A DNA stretch of 64,000 bases from Caproicibacter sp. (lineage in GTDB: Bacteria > Bacillota > Clostridia > Oscillospirales > Acutalibacteraceae): positions 1,503 through 65,502 of the forward strand of contig DAINSB010000001.1 of the NCBI GenBank assembly GCA_036741535.1, given 5' to 3'. Shown here one piece after another: positions 38,779 through 48,037 of the stretch; position 1 is the first letter of the stretch; the number at the start of each line of letters is the position of its first letter. The notes under the pieces were generated by a model that was not told the origin of the DNA, searched no databases, and saw only the letters and a list, made by a program, of their open reading frames with translations. Both the position numbers and the translations under genes were made by a program.

Positions 38779-39195
38779 TCGGAAAAGCACCTGGCCGTAT
38801 TCGACGATCGACCCGTCGCCGGCGCAGATCTCGACGACCTCGCCGTCCTGGTCGGAGCTGATCTCGTTTAAGAGCTTCATCGCCTCGATCACGCAGATGA
38901 CGTCGCCCTTCTTAACCTTGCTGCCGACCTTGACGTAAGGCTCCTGCTCCGGAGAGGGCGAAACGTGAAACACGCCCACCATCGGACTTTTGATCTCGCG
39001 GAGGCCCTCCGCCGGATCCGGCGGGACCGCGCATTTTTCATCCGCTCCCGGCGCGCAGGACGCAGGCGGCGCGTCGGAAGGGGCGGCCGGGCGCTTTTCG
39101 AGGCGGATCTTCCGGGTCCCGTCCGCAACTTCGATCTTTGTCAGCCCCGCATCTTTCATGATCTGCGCAAGCGCCTGGATTTCATCAAGATTCAT
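38767..39195 (-). CDS. accB: biotin carboxyl carrier protein
   Basis: 142-aa ORF with the biotinylation motif EAMKLLNEI. Confidence 0.9.
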   Translation of the reverse strand: MNLDEIQALAQIMKDAGLTKIEVADGTRKIRLEKRPAAPSDAPPASCAPGADEKCAVPPDPAEGLREIKSPMVGVFHVSPSPEQEPYVKVGSKVKKGDVICVIEAMKLLNEISSDQDGEVVEICAGDGSIVEYGQVLFRLRG

Positions 39196-39220
39196 CGAAC
39201 TTCCTCCCTTTCAGCGATCT

Positions 39221-40453
39221 CTATTCCGCTTTTCGGAACACAAGGCAGGCATTGTGCCCGCCGAACCCCAGGTTGGTGGAAAGCGCAAAGTCGAGCTCCG
39301 CTTTCCGCGCCGTGTTGGGGACATAGTCGAGGTCGCATTCCGGGTCCGGCACCCGGTACCCGATGGTGGGCGGGATCATGCCGTTGGTCAGCGCCAGCAC
39401 GCAGACGATCGCCTCGGCGGCGCCGGTCGCGCCGAGCATGTGGCCGGTCATGGATTTGGTGGAGCTGATCTGCGTCGAATACACCTGTTTTCCCAGCGCC
39501 TTTTTGAACGCCTTCGTCTCGATTTTGTCGTTCAGAACGGTTCCGGTCCCGTGCGCGTTGATATACAGCCGGTCGTCCGGGCCGACGCCCGCTTCTTTCA
39601 CGGCTTTGCGGATCGCTTCCGCCGCGCCGATCCCCTCCGGCTGAGGGGCCGTCATGTGGTAGGCGTCGTTCGTGTTGCCGTATCCGCAGATCTCCGCATA
39701 GACCTTCGCCCCGCGCGACACGGCGTGCCCGTATTCCTCCAGAATCAGGATCGCTCCCCCCTCGCCCATGACGAAGCCGCTCCGTTCGCGGTCGAACGGG
39801 ATGGACGCCCTCGCGGGGTCCTTCGAGGTGGAAAGCGCCATGCAGTTGGAAAAGCCGGCGACGGCGAGCCCGTTGATGGTCGCTTCGGAACCCCCGGCGA
39901 TCACGGCATCCGCCTCGCCGCGCTGGATCACCCGGTAGGCTTCGCCGATGGAATGGGCCGACGTGGCGCATGCGGTGACGATGCACATCGAAGGCCCTCT
40001 CGCGTTCTCCGCGACGGCGATGTTGCCCGAGGCGATGTTGGCGATCAGCTTCGGGATGAAAAACGGAGAGATCCGCCTCGGGCCGGACTTGTTCAGTTTG
40101 GTGCATTCGTCGATGAAAGTCTGCATGCCGCCGATGCCGGAACCGACGAAAACGCCGAGGCGCTCCGGCTCGACCTTTCCCCGCAGACCGCTGTCGTCCA
40201 TCGCCTCCCGGGCGGCGGCCATGGCATACTGGCAGAAAAGATCGGTCTTGCGCAGCATGGCGTGTTCGATGGAATCCTCCGGGTGGAAATCCTTCACTTC
40301 CGCCGCCAGCCCGACTTTATAATCCGTGGTGTCGAACCGGGTGATGGGCCCGACGCCGCAGGTCCCGGCAAGCAGGGCCCGCCAGAACGACGGCGCGCTG
40401 TTGCCGACCGGCGTGACAGCGCCCATCCCCGTAATCACAACTCGTTTGTTCAT
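39221..40453 (-). CDS. fabF: beta-ketoacyl-ACP synthase II
   Basis: 410-aa ORF with active-site TACATS, two His motifs and a GFGGHN C-terminus. Confidence 0.92.
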   Translation of the reverse strand: MNKRVVITGMGAVTPVGNSAPSFWRALLAGTCGVGPITRFDTTDYKVGLAAEVKDFHPEDSIEHAMLRKTDLFCQYAMAAAREAMDDSGLRGKVEPERLGVFVGSGIGGMQTFIDECTKLNKSGPRRISPFFIPKLIANIASGNIAVAENARGPSMCIVTACATSAHSIGEAYRVIQRGEADAVIAGGSEATINGLAVAGFSNCMALSTSKDPARASIPFDRERSGFVMGEGGAILILEEYGHAVSRGAKVYAEICGYGNTNDAYHMTAPQPEGIGAAEAIRKAVKEAGVGPDDRLYINAHGTGTVLNDKIETKAFKKALGKQVYSTQISSTKSMTGHMLGATGAAEAIVCVLALTNGMIPPTIGYRVPDPECDLDYVPNTARKAELDFALSTNLGFGGHNACLVFRKAE

Positions 40454-40471
40454 ATGAATCCTCCCGATGGG

Positions 40472-41218
40472 TCAGATGCAAAGGCCGCCGTCCACGCGGA
40501 TGACTTCGCCCGTCAGATACGACGCGCCCTCCCCCGCGAGAAAAACCGCAAGGCTGGCCACGTCTTCCGGCTTTCCCGCGCGTTTCATGGGGATGGAGGA
40601 CACGATGGCGTCCCGCGCCTTGTCGCCGAGCTTCCGCGTCATGTCCGTGTCGATAAAACCCGGCGCGATGGCGTTGCAGGTCACACCGCGCCCGGCCAGC
40701 TCCCGCGCCACGGTCTTGGTCAGGCCGATCAGCCCCGCCTTGGCCGAAGCGTAATTCGCCTGCCCCGCGTTCCCCGTCAGCGCCGCGACGGAGCTGATAT
40801 TGATGATCCTGCCCGTGCGGCGGTGCAGGAAATGGTGGTAACAGTGCCGGATCATATGAAAAGCGCCCTTGAGGTTCGTGTCGATCACCGCGTCGAAATC
40901 CTCTTCCTTCATCGTGGCGGTGAGGCCGTCGCGCGTGATGCCGGCGTTGTTGACGAGGATGTCGATCTTGCCGAAGTCCCTGAGGATCTCCTCCACCACC
41001 GCCTTCGTCGCCTCAAAATCCGACACGTCGCATCGGTACGCCCGGCAGCGGACGGAAGATTCCGAAGCCAGCGCGCACGTCTCTTCGGCGGCCTTTTCGT
41101 TCCCGGCGAAAATCACGGCGACATCCGCGCCGCTTTCCGCCATCTTCAGGGAAATCGCCCGGCCGATCCCGCGCGACCCGCCCGTGACGACCGCCACCTG
41201 ACCGGTCAGTCCGCTCAT
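40472..41218 (-). CDS. fabG: 3-oxoacyl-ACP reductase
   Basis: Start MSGLTGQVAVVTGGSRGIG, where ATGA overlaps the fabD stop. SDR motif YxxxK (YASAKAG). Confidence 0.9.
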   Translation of the reverse strand: MSGLTGQVAVVTGGSRGIGRAISLKMAESGADVAVIFAGNEKAAEETCALASESSVRCRAYRCDVSDFEATKAVVEEILRDFGKIDILVNNAGITRDGLTATMKEEDFDAVIDTNLKGAFHMIRHCYHHFLHRRTGRIINISSVAALTGNAGQANYASAKAGLIGLTKTVARELAGRGVTCNAIAPGFIDTDMTRKLGDKARDAIVSSIPMKRAGKPEDVASLAVFLAGEGASYLTGEVIRVDGGLCI

Positions 41219-42153
41219 ATCCGTTCCTCCTTTTCGCGTAAAGCGGAAACCGCTTCCCGCAGCGTTTCCGCATCCTCCACATGACGGATGCGCACGCCCG
41301 GCAGCGTTTTTTTCACAAGCCCGCTCAAAACCTTGCCGGGGCCGACCTCCACGAAGGTGTCGATCCCCATGGAACGCAGGTTCTCCAGAACTTTCCTCCA
41401 AAGCACGGGGTGGTTGATCTGACGGACGATATGGTCCCGGATGTTCTCCGCATCCGCATCATACCGCCCCGCCGTGCAGTCGGAGAAGACGGGGATGCCG
41501 GGCGCCCGGACGGGAACGGCCGCCAGCACGTCGCGCAGCTTTTCCGCGGCGGGGTCCATGAACGGCGAATGGAACGCCCCGCTGACGGCGAGCTGGACCG
41601 TTCTCCCGCCTGCCGCCGCGGCATCGGCGCAGAACGCTTTCAGTTCTTCCAAGTCGCCGGCGACGGCCACCTGCCCCGGGCAGTTATAGTTGACCGGGTA
41701 CACGCGCCGATACCGTCGGCAGAGCTCTTCCACCGTCTCGTCCGTGAGTTTCAGGACCGCCGCCATCCCGCCGCCGTCCCGCTGCGCGGCCTCGTTCATG
41801 AAAAAACCGCGCCTGCAGACAAAGGAAAAACCGTCCTCCGGCGAGAAGACGCCGGAAAAGGTCAGCGCCGCAATCTCGCCGAGCGAAAAGCCGGCGACGG
41901 CGTCCGGTCGCATGCCGGCTTCACGCAGAGCTTCCGCGGCGGCAAGATCGACGCAGTACACGCACGGCTGCGTGTTGACCGTAAGGGAAAGCTCCTCTTT
42001 CGGCGCCGTGAAGCATTGACGCGAGGTGCCGGGGCGGATCCCGTCCGCGAGACGAAAGACCTCCGCGGCGGCGCGGGAACAGTCGGCGAGGCTTTTACCC
42101 ATCCCGGTATTCTGGGTCCCCTGTCCGCTGAAAAGGAACGCTACTTTACCCAT
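41215..42153 (-). CDS. fabD: malonyl CoA-ACP transacylase
   Basis: 312-aa ORF with FLFSGQGTQ and GFSLGE active-site motifs. Confidence 0.9.
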   Translation of the reverse strand: MGKVAFLFSGQGTQNTGMGKSLADCSRAAAEVFRLADGIRPGTSRQCFTAPKEELSLTVNTQPCVYCVDLAAAEALREAGMRPDAVAGFSLGEIAALTFSGVFSPEDGFSFVCRRGFFMNEAAQRDGGGMAAVLKLTDETVEELCRRYRRVYPVNYNCPGQVAVAGDLEELKAFCADAAAAGGRTVQLAVSGAFHSPFMDPAAEKLRDVLAAVPVRAPGIPVFSDCTAGRYDADAENIRDHIVRQINHPVLWRKVLENLRSMGIDTFVEVGPGKVLSGLVKKTLPGVRIRHVEDAETLREAVSALREKEERI

Positions 42154-43088
42154 TTTTTCGCACCGTCCAAAAGGGATTCGGCCTCCGCGAAGATTTCCTC
42201 TATGATCTCGGCCGCGGTCTGCTCCTTCTTGACCAGGCCGGCGATCTCGCCCGCGAGGAAGCAGCCGTGCTCGGCGTCCCCTTCCCGCGCGGCGCGGCGG
42301 AGGGCGCCGGCGCCGAGTTTCTCTAATTCCTGGACGGAGACGCCCGCGTCCCGCTCTTTCTTTTCAAACTCTCTGGAAAAAGGCGTTTTGAGCGACCGCA
42401 CGGGATCGCCGGTCCGTTCCCCCGTCACAACGGTGTCGAGCTCGTTCGCCTTCAGAATCTTGTCTTTGTAGACCTGGCTGATGGTGCATTCTTTCGCCAC
42501 GAGGAACCGCGTGCCAAGCTGGACCCCCGACGCGCCGAGCATCAGCGCCGCGGCGACCCCCCGGCCGTCGCCGATGCCGCCCGCGGCGAGCACCGGGATG
42601 CTGACGGAATCGCAGACCTGCGGCAGGAGCGCCATGGTATGCAGCCTGCCGATATGCCCGCCGCTCTCGGCTCCCTCAGCGACAACGGCGCAGGCCCCGC
42701 GCTTTTCCGCAAGCCGCGCAAAGCCGGTCGAGGCGACGACCGGGACCACCTTGATACCGGCGGCGAGCCAATCCGGCATATATTTCGCCGGGTTCCCCGC
42801 GCCCGTGGTCACGACGGGGACCTTCTCCTCCGCGACGACCTGCGCCACTTCCGCCACAAAGGGGCTCATCAGCATGACGTTGACGCCGAAAGGCTTCGAG
42901 GTCATCTGCCGACATCTGCGGATCTCCGCGCGGAGCTGTTCGCCGTTGGAGTTCATGCCCGCGATGATGCCCAGCCCGCCGGCATTGGAAACCGCGGAGG
43001 CGAGGGACGCGTCCGCCACCCACGCCATGCCGCCCTGAAAGATCGGGTATTGAATCTGCAGCAGGTCGCAGATCTCAGTTTTTATCAT
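42141..43088 (-). CDS. fabK: enoyl-ACP reductase II (FMN-dependent, nitronate monooxygenase fold)
   Basis: 315-aa ORF with IFQGGMAWV. Sits between fabH and fabD. Confidence 0.85.
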   Translation of the reverse strand: MIKTEICDLLQIQYPIFQGGMAWVADASLASAVSNAGGLGIIAGMNSNGEQLRAEIRRCRQMTSKPFGVNVMLMSPFVAEVAQVVAEEKVPVVTTGAGNPAKYMPDWLAAGIKVVPVVASTGFARLAEKRGACAVVAEGAESGGHIGRLHTMALLPQVCDSVSIPVLAAGGIGDGRGVAAALMLGASGVQLGTRFLVAKECTISQVYKDKILKANELDTVVTGERTGDPVRSLKTPFSREFEKKERDAGVSVQELEKLGAGALRRAAREGDAEHGCFLAGEIAGLVKKEQTAAEIIEEIFAEAESLLDGAKKWVK

Positions 43089-43115
43089 CCTTTTCTCTCC
43101 TTTTCAACGATTCCG

Positions 43116-44072
43116 TCATCCCCACCGGATGACGCAGGCCCCGGAGGTCAGTCCGCCGCCGAACGCGACCAGCGCCAGAAGGTCGCCGCTGTGAAAGGTC
43201 TGCTTCCGGTTGAACTCGTCCATCAGAATCGGAATGGCCGCCGAAGATATGTTTCCGTAATGCTCTATGTTGCAGCAGTATTTCTCCGCCGGGATCCTCA
43301 GCCTTTTTCTGGCCGACTCGATGATGCGCAGGTTTGCCTGATGCGGCAGGACCCACGTGATGTCCTCCTGCGAAAGGCCCGCGTCCCGGATCGCGGCCTC
43401 GAGCTGAGAGGCCATTTCGCCGACGGCGAATTTGTAGACGTCGTGCCCGCGCCACGTAAGGACCGGCGCGGGTTTCGGCGCGCGGTTGAACGGCGAATTC
43501 CCACTCACGTTCGGGATGAACATGATCTCCCGGTTGCCCTGGGCGGAAATGCGGATGGAGAGCAGGTTGTCGCCCTCCCCGAGCACCACGGCCCCCGCGC
43601 CGTCACCGAACAGCACACAGGTGGAGCGGTCTTTCCAGTCCAGCAGCTTCGACATGTTCTCACAGGAGACGATCAGCACCCTCCTGACGCATCCCCGCTC
43701 GAAAAATCCGTCCGCGATGTCGAGCGCATAGAGAAAACCCGTGCAGGCGGCGTTGATGTCGAACGCGGGGCAATGGGCGCCCAGCCGCTCCTGCAGCACG
43801 CAGGCGAGCGAGGGGGTGAAATAATCGCCCCGGATCGTGGAGCAGATGATCAGATCGAGCTCCGACGCCTTGACGCCCGCCTGCTCGAGCGCGGACCGGC
43901 CGGCGGCCTCGGCGACATCGCTGATGGTTTCGTCCGTGCAGACATAGCGGCTCTTGATTCCGGTCCTCGAATAAATCCATTCGTCCGAAGTTTCCACGAT
44001 CTCTGCAAGATCGTCATTCGTTCGGGCGCACTTGGGATGTGCGCTTCCCGTACCCAGTATTTTAAAATTCAT
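43116..44072 (-). CDS. fabH: beta-ketoacyl-ACP synthase III
   Basis: 318-aa ORF with AACTGF (active-site Cys), HQAN and GGG. Confidence 0.9.
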   Translation of the reverse strand: MNFKILGTGSAHPKCARTNDDLAEIVETSDEWIYSRTGIKSRYVCTDETISDVAEAAGRSALEQAGVKASELDLIICSTIRGDYFTPSLACVLQERLGAHCPAFDINAACTGFLYALDIADGFFERGCVRRVLIVSCENMSKLLDWKDRSTCVLFGDGAGAVVLGEGDNLLSIRISAQGNREIMFIPNVSGNSPFNRAPKPAPVLTWRGHDVYKFAVGEMASQLEAAIRDAGLSQEDITWVLPHQANLRIIESARKRLRIPAEKYCCNIEHYGNISSAAIPILMDEFNRKQTFHSGDLLALVAFGGGLTSGACVIRWG

Positions 44073-44178
44073 GTCTCCTCCACTGCCGTTTCCGCAGCCG
44101 TCATCCGGGCGAAAACCGGCAGCAATTGTTTTATCATTTCCCCAATTGTACCAATTTTTCCATATGTTATTTTTCTTT

Positions 44179-45939
44179 TCAGAAATATTTTTTCATTTTG
44201 CATAGACCTGAGGGACGGCTGCGGGCCGTTTTTTCCCGGATCTCGGAACGGGACCGGTCTTTCCGATCGGGGCTTTTCCCGACCTCCCGCCGTCCGGGAT
44301 TCCCGACCCGTTTCGCGACAATCTCGCGGAGGCGGTATTTCTGGATCTTCCCGCTCGCCGTGACCGGAAACTCCTTCATGAAACAGACGTACTTCGGCAC
44401 CTTGTGCCGGGCGAGCTGCGCGGCGACATAGTCGCGGATCTCGTCGCCCGTGGCGGACATCCCCGGCTTCAGGATGATGCAGGCCGCGATCTCTTCCCCG
44501 TATTCCTCGCTGGGCACGCCGACCACCTGAACGTCCCGGACGGCCGGGTGGGAATACAGGAATTCCTCGATCTCTTTCGGATAGATATTCTCCCCCCCGC
44601 GGATGATCATATCCTTGATGCGGCCCGTAATGCGGTAATATCCGTTCTTGTCGACGCAGGCGAGGTCCCCCGTGTGAAGCCAGCCCTCCGGGTCGATGAC
44701 CCGCGCGGTCTCTTCCGGCATCTTATAGTACCCTTTCATCGTATTGTAGCCGCGGGAGCAGAACTCCCCCGGCACCCCCACCGGCTGCTCCCGGCCGGTC
44801 TTCGGGTCCACGATCCTGGTCTCGACGCCCGGCATCGCCTTTCCCACCGTGCGGACGCGGAGCTCCAGCGGGTCGCCGGTGGTCGTCATCGTGCTGGCGG
44901 GGGAAGACTCCGTCTCGCCGTAGGTGATGGTGATCTCCCTCATGTGCATTTCGTCGACCACCTTGCGCATGATTTTTTCCGGGCACGGGGAGCCGGCCAT
45001 GATCCCCGTGCGCAGCTTCGCGAAGCGATGGTTCCGGAACTCCGAATGCTCCAGCATCGCGATGAACATGGTGGGGACGCCGTGGACCGCCGTGCAGCCT
45101 TCGCGGTCGATCGCATCCATCACGACGGTCGGCCTGAAGTGCTCCACCGGCACCATGGAGGTGCTGTGGGTCAGGCACGCCATCACGCCCAGCACCAGCC
45201 CGAAACAGTGGAAAAAGGGAACGGGGATGCACAGTTTGTCCTTTTCGGTCAGTTTCATGCAGTCCCCGATCCCTTTGCCGTTGTTGAGGATATTGTAGTG
45301 AGTCAGCATCACGCCTTTCGGGAATCCCGTGGTCCCCGACGTGTACTGCATGTCGATCACGTCCTGTGCGTCCAGCGACGACTCCACGCGGCGGTACTCC
45401 TCCTCGCTGAATCCGCCGCCGAGGCGGAACAGGTCCTCGAAGCGATAAGTCCCCGGCACGGGGCGCCCGCCGACATGGATCACGCTTTTGAGGAACGGAA
45501 GCGACGGTTCGTGCAGATGCCCCGGCGCGCTGTTTTTCAGGCTCGGGCAGACCGCGTTCAAGGTCTCGAAATAATCGTTTCCCTTGAAGCCGTCGATCAG
45601 CACGAGGGCTTTCGCGTCGGACTGTTCCAGCAGGTACTCCAGCTCATATTTTTTGTAATTGGTGTTGACGGTGACCAGCACCGCTCCGATCTTCGCGGTC
45701 GCAAACAGCGTGATGAGCCATTCCGGGACATTGGTCGCCCAGATCGCCACATGGTCGCCCTTGCCGATGCCGATGGCCAGAAGCCCCCTTGCGGCAAGGT
45801 CGCATTCTTCCCGGAATTCCCGCCACGTCCTGCGGTAGGGGCGGTCGACATAGGCCACGGCCTCCCGGTCCGGATAGTGCGCCGCAACCCGGTCGAGCTG
45901 TTGCCCGATCGTAAGGTTCAACATGTTCTGCATCATCAA
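44179..45939 (-). CDS. AMP-forming acyl-CoA synthetase / fatty-acid--CoA ligase with a basic C-terminal extension
   Basis: 586-aa ORF with AMP-binding motif YTSGTTGFPKG and C-terminal GKIQKY. Confidence 0.88.
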   Translation of the reverse strand: MMMQNMLNLTIGQQLDRVAAHYPDREAVAYVDRPYRRTWREFREECDLAARGLLAIGIGKGDHVAIWATNVPEWLITLFATAKIGAVLVTVNTNYKKYELEYLLEQSDAKALVLIDGFKGNDYFETLNAVCPSLKNSAPGHLHEPSLPFLKSVIHVGGRPVPGTYRFEDLFRLGGGFSEEEYRRVESSLDAQDVIDMQYTSGTTGFPKGVMLTHYNILNNGKGIGDCMKLTEKDKLCIPVPFFHCFGLVLGVMACLTHSTSMVPVEHFRPTVVMDAIDREGCTAVHGVPTMFIAMLEHSEFRNHRFAKLRTGIMAGSPCPEKIMRKVVDEMHMREITITYGETESSPASTMTTTGDPLELRVRTVGKAMPGVETRIVDPKTGREQPVGVPGEFCSRGYNTMKGYYKMPEETARVIDPEGWLHTGDLACVDKNGYYRITGRIKDMIIRGGENIYPKEIEEFLYSHPAVRDVQVVGVPSEEYGEEIAACIILKPGMSATGDEIRDYVAAQLARHKVPKYVCFMKEFPVTASGKIQKYRLREIVAKRVGNPGRREVGKSPDRKDRSRSEIREKTARSRPSGLCKMKKYF

Positions 45940-46598
45940 AAGTCCCTTCCCTTTCTGTCAAGACCATATCCGCGTTTCATGACCCTTTCCCTTCAATTTC
46001 TGCCGCTTTCTCCGCAATTTTTAACAGATTATCTATCATATTCGTATGAATGATATTATCTAGTAACAATAACGGTATTATAGCACGATTCCTTTATGGC
46101 GATCAAGAAAAAAATGGATTTCGGCAATAATCCATAATTCGTCTATAATTTTTCCATATCCTTCCCGTTATTCATGCATACTAGATAAAAAGCGGAGCGG
46201 CCGGCGGGTTTTGGTTTCGCTTATTTCGGGCGCAGGTCATATTTTTTGAATTTTCCGGGATAAAATGTGGCAAAGCTGAATAAGAATACATCGGCTTCCT
46301 TCGGAGAAAAAGCGGGAAACGGATTGACAGATTCCCATTCCTGCTCTATGATAATGATCACTGTAATATTTTTCATTTTCTGGTAAAATTCTTCGGGTTC
46401 AGACAGAAATCCCCCGGATCCTGTCCTTCGTAAGTCGGTCGGATTTGTTAAATTAAAATAAATATTGTTTTTTTTTATTTTATTTTTTGTTTTATATTGA
46501 AAGATTACATCAGAGAGAATACAATAGGGGTGGAGAAAATCCTTTCTTTCGCTTACACGACAGTCCTCATTTCGGTGGACTTTTACCATCTTTTCACA

Positions 46599-46640
46599 AA
46601 CGGAAAACGCCTTCAGCATGTGCTGAAGGCGTTTTCCGTT
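46599..46640. repeat. 20-bp-arm near-perfect palindrome in the AT-rich gap
   Basis: AACGGAAAACGCCTTCAGCA-tg-TGCTGAAGGCGTTTTCCGTT. No flanking T-tract. Confidence 0.8.
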
Positions 46641-46774
46641 GTCGCCGAAGATACTTTCCCGCGGAAAAGGAATGTTTTCACCATTCGGATCCATACTATT
46701 TTAGCGGTATATGCCCCCGAAAAACGTTTTATTTTTTCCGCGCGAAGGGGGATTCGCGACCGGATGGAAAATAA

Positions 46775-46816
46775 GTTGACATAACTTAGTTGACATAATT
46801 TTTAATTCGATATAAA
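46775..46816 (+). promoter_or_regulatory. sigmaA-type promoter(s): duplicated AGTTGACATAA, then TATAAA(AT)
   Basis: TTGACA at 46775 and at 46789. The second is followed after 16 nt by TATAAA. Confidence 0.6.
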
Positions 46817-46828
46817 ATAGAAGTATGC

Positions 46829-46855
46829 TTAGCACTCATAATAGCTGAGTGCCAG
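46829..46855 (+). promoter_or_regulatory. CIRCE-like inverted repeat (HrcA operator)
   Basis: TTAGCACTC-ataatagct-GAGTGCcag versus consensus TTAGCACTC-N9-GAGTGCTAA, a 15/18 match. Starts about 12 nt after the -10 element. Confidence 0.7.
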
Positions 46856-46900
46856 AGCTTCATGGCTGCCTGCAAATCCAATGGAAAGGGACTGATCAGC

Positions 46901-47902
46901 ATGCAATCTTCTTTTAAAACGCGGTTGAGAAATACCGACAACACCTACAAGGAGCTGTTCGTCCGGTATCCCAATAACCCGATTCTAACCGCCAAAGATT
47001 GGCCTTATGCAGCCAACACCGTGTTCAATCCCGCGGCGACGATTTTTAACGGCAAGACGCTTCTGCTGGCCCGTGTGGAGGACCGGCGGGGATTTTCCCA
47101 TTTTACAAAAGCCATCAGCGACGACGGCATCACGAACTGGCAGATCGACAAATGGCCGACCCTCGAAGCGAACCCCAATTACCCGGAAGAGGCCTGGGGC
47201 ATCGAGGACCCGCGCATCACCCGCATTGACGAGCTCGACTGCTGGGCCGTGGTCTACACCTCGTTCTCCTACTCCGGCCCCACCGTCTCGCTCGCCCTGA
47301 CGAAGGATTTCGCCTCGTTCGAGAAAAAAGGCTCCATCATGCCGCCGGAAGACAAGGACGCGGCCATTTTCCCGAAAAAGTTCAAGAACAAATGGCTTCT
47401 GATCCACCGGCCGATCGGTGCCCATCTCGGCAGCACGGTGCCGGTCGGCCCCGGAGCACATATGTGGGCGTCTTTTTCGACGGACCTGAAATACTGGGGC
47501 GACCACAGCATCCTGATCAACGCCCGCAACGGCGGCTGGTGGGACGCGAACAAGGTCGGCCTCTGCGCGCAGCCGCTGGAGACTCCGGAGGGCTGGCTCA
47601 TCCTGTACCACGGCGTAAGGCAGACGGCGTCCGGCTCCCTGTACCGGCTGGGGCTCGCTCTGCTGGATCTGGAAAACCCGCTGAAGGTGTTGCGCCGGAG
47701 CGATGAATGGATTTTCGGGCCGGAGGAATCCTATGAACGGGAGGGTGACGTCCGCGACGTCGTTTTTCCCTGCGGATGGGTGCTCAACAAAGAGGCGGGA
47801 ACCGTTCGGATGTACTACGGAGCGGCCGACACCTGTATCTGTCTTGCCACCGCATCGCTGAACGATCTTTTGGAATATATCAAAAGCTGTCCCGAACAAT
47901 AA
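46901..47902 (+). CDS. GH130-family glycoside phosphorylase/hydrolase (beta-mannoside phosphorylase-like)
   Basis: Start MQSSFKT (the track ORF begins at 46862). NPILTAKDWPY, NPAATIFNGK and GIEDPRIT five-bladed-propeller motifs typical of DUF377/GH130. Confidence 0.8.
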   Translation: MQSSFKTRLRNTDNTYKELFVRYPNNPILTAKDWPYAANTVFNPAATIFNGKTLLLARVEDRRGFSHFTKAISDDGITNWQIDKWPTLEANPNYPEEAWGIEDPRITRIDELDCWAVVYTSFSYSGPTVSLALTKDFASFEKKGSIMPPEDKDAAIFPKKFKNKWLLIHRPIGAHLGSTVPVGPGAHMWASFSTDLKYWGDHSILINARNGGWWDANKVGLCAQPLETPEGWLILYHGVRQTASGSLYRLGLALLDLENPLKVLRRSDEWIFGPEESYEREGDVRDVVFPCGWVLNKEAGTVRMYYGAADTCICLATASLNDLLEYIKSCPEQ

Positions 47903-48037
47903 TTTTTTTAATTTTTTTTCAATTCCTGAATAATCGATTTTTTCCGCCGGCAGAAAACCGGCGGAAAGAAATTCTGCGATAAATCGACCATGTCAGAAAT
48001 GATATGATGAAGTTACAGAAAATTAGGAGGATAAACC

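Noticed and set aside
46221-46784. 157-aa minus ORF and two ~95-aa plus ORFs in the AT-rich gap.
   Set aside because: All cross the 42-bp palindrome and so encode mirror-image peptides. None has an RBS, and the composition is unlike coding DNA in this window. At most the last 51 codons of the minus ORF (MKNITVIIIIEQEW..., 46221-46376) could be a gene fragment.
47942-47966. Hairpin TTCCGCCGG-cagaaaa-CCGGCGGAA after the GH130 gene, considered as a terminator.
   Set aside because: The T-run precedes the stem on the plus strand rather than following it, and an A-run follows it on the minus strand. It is not a canonical intrinsic terminator in either direction and may be a processing or pausing structure.
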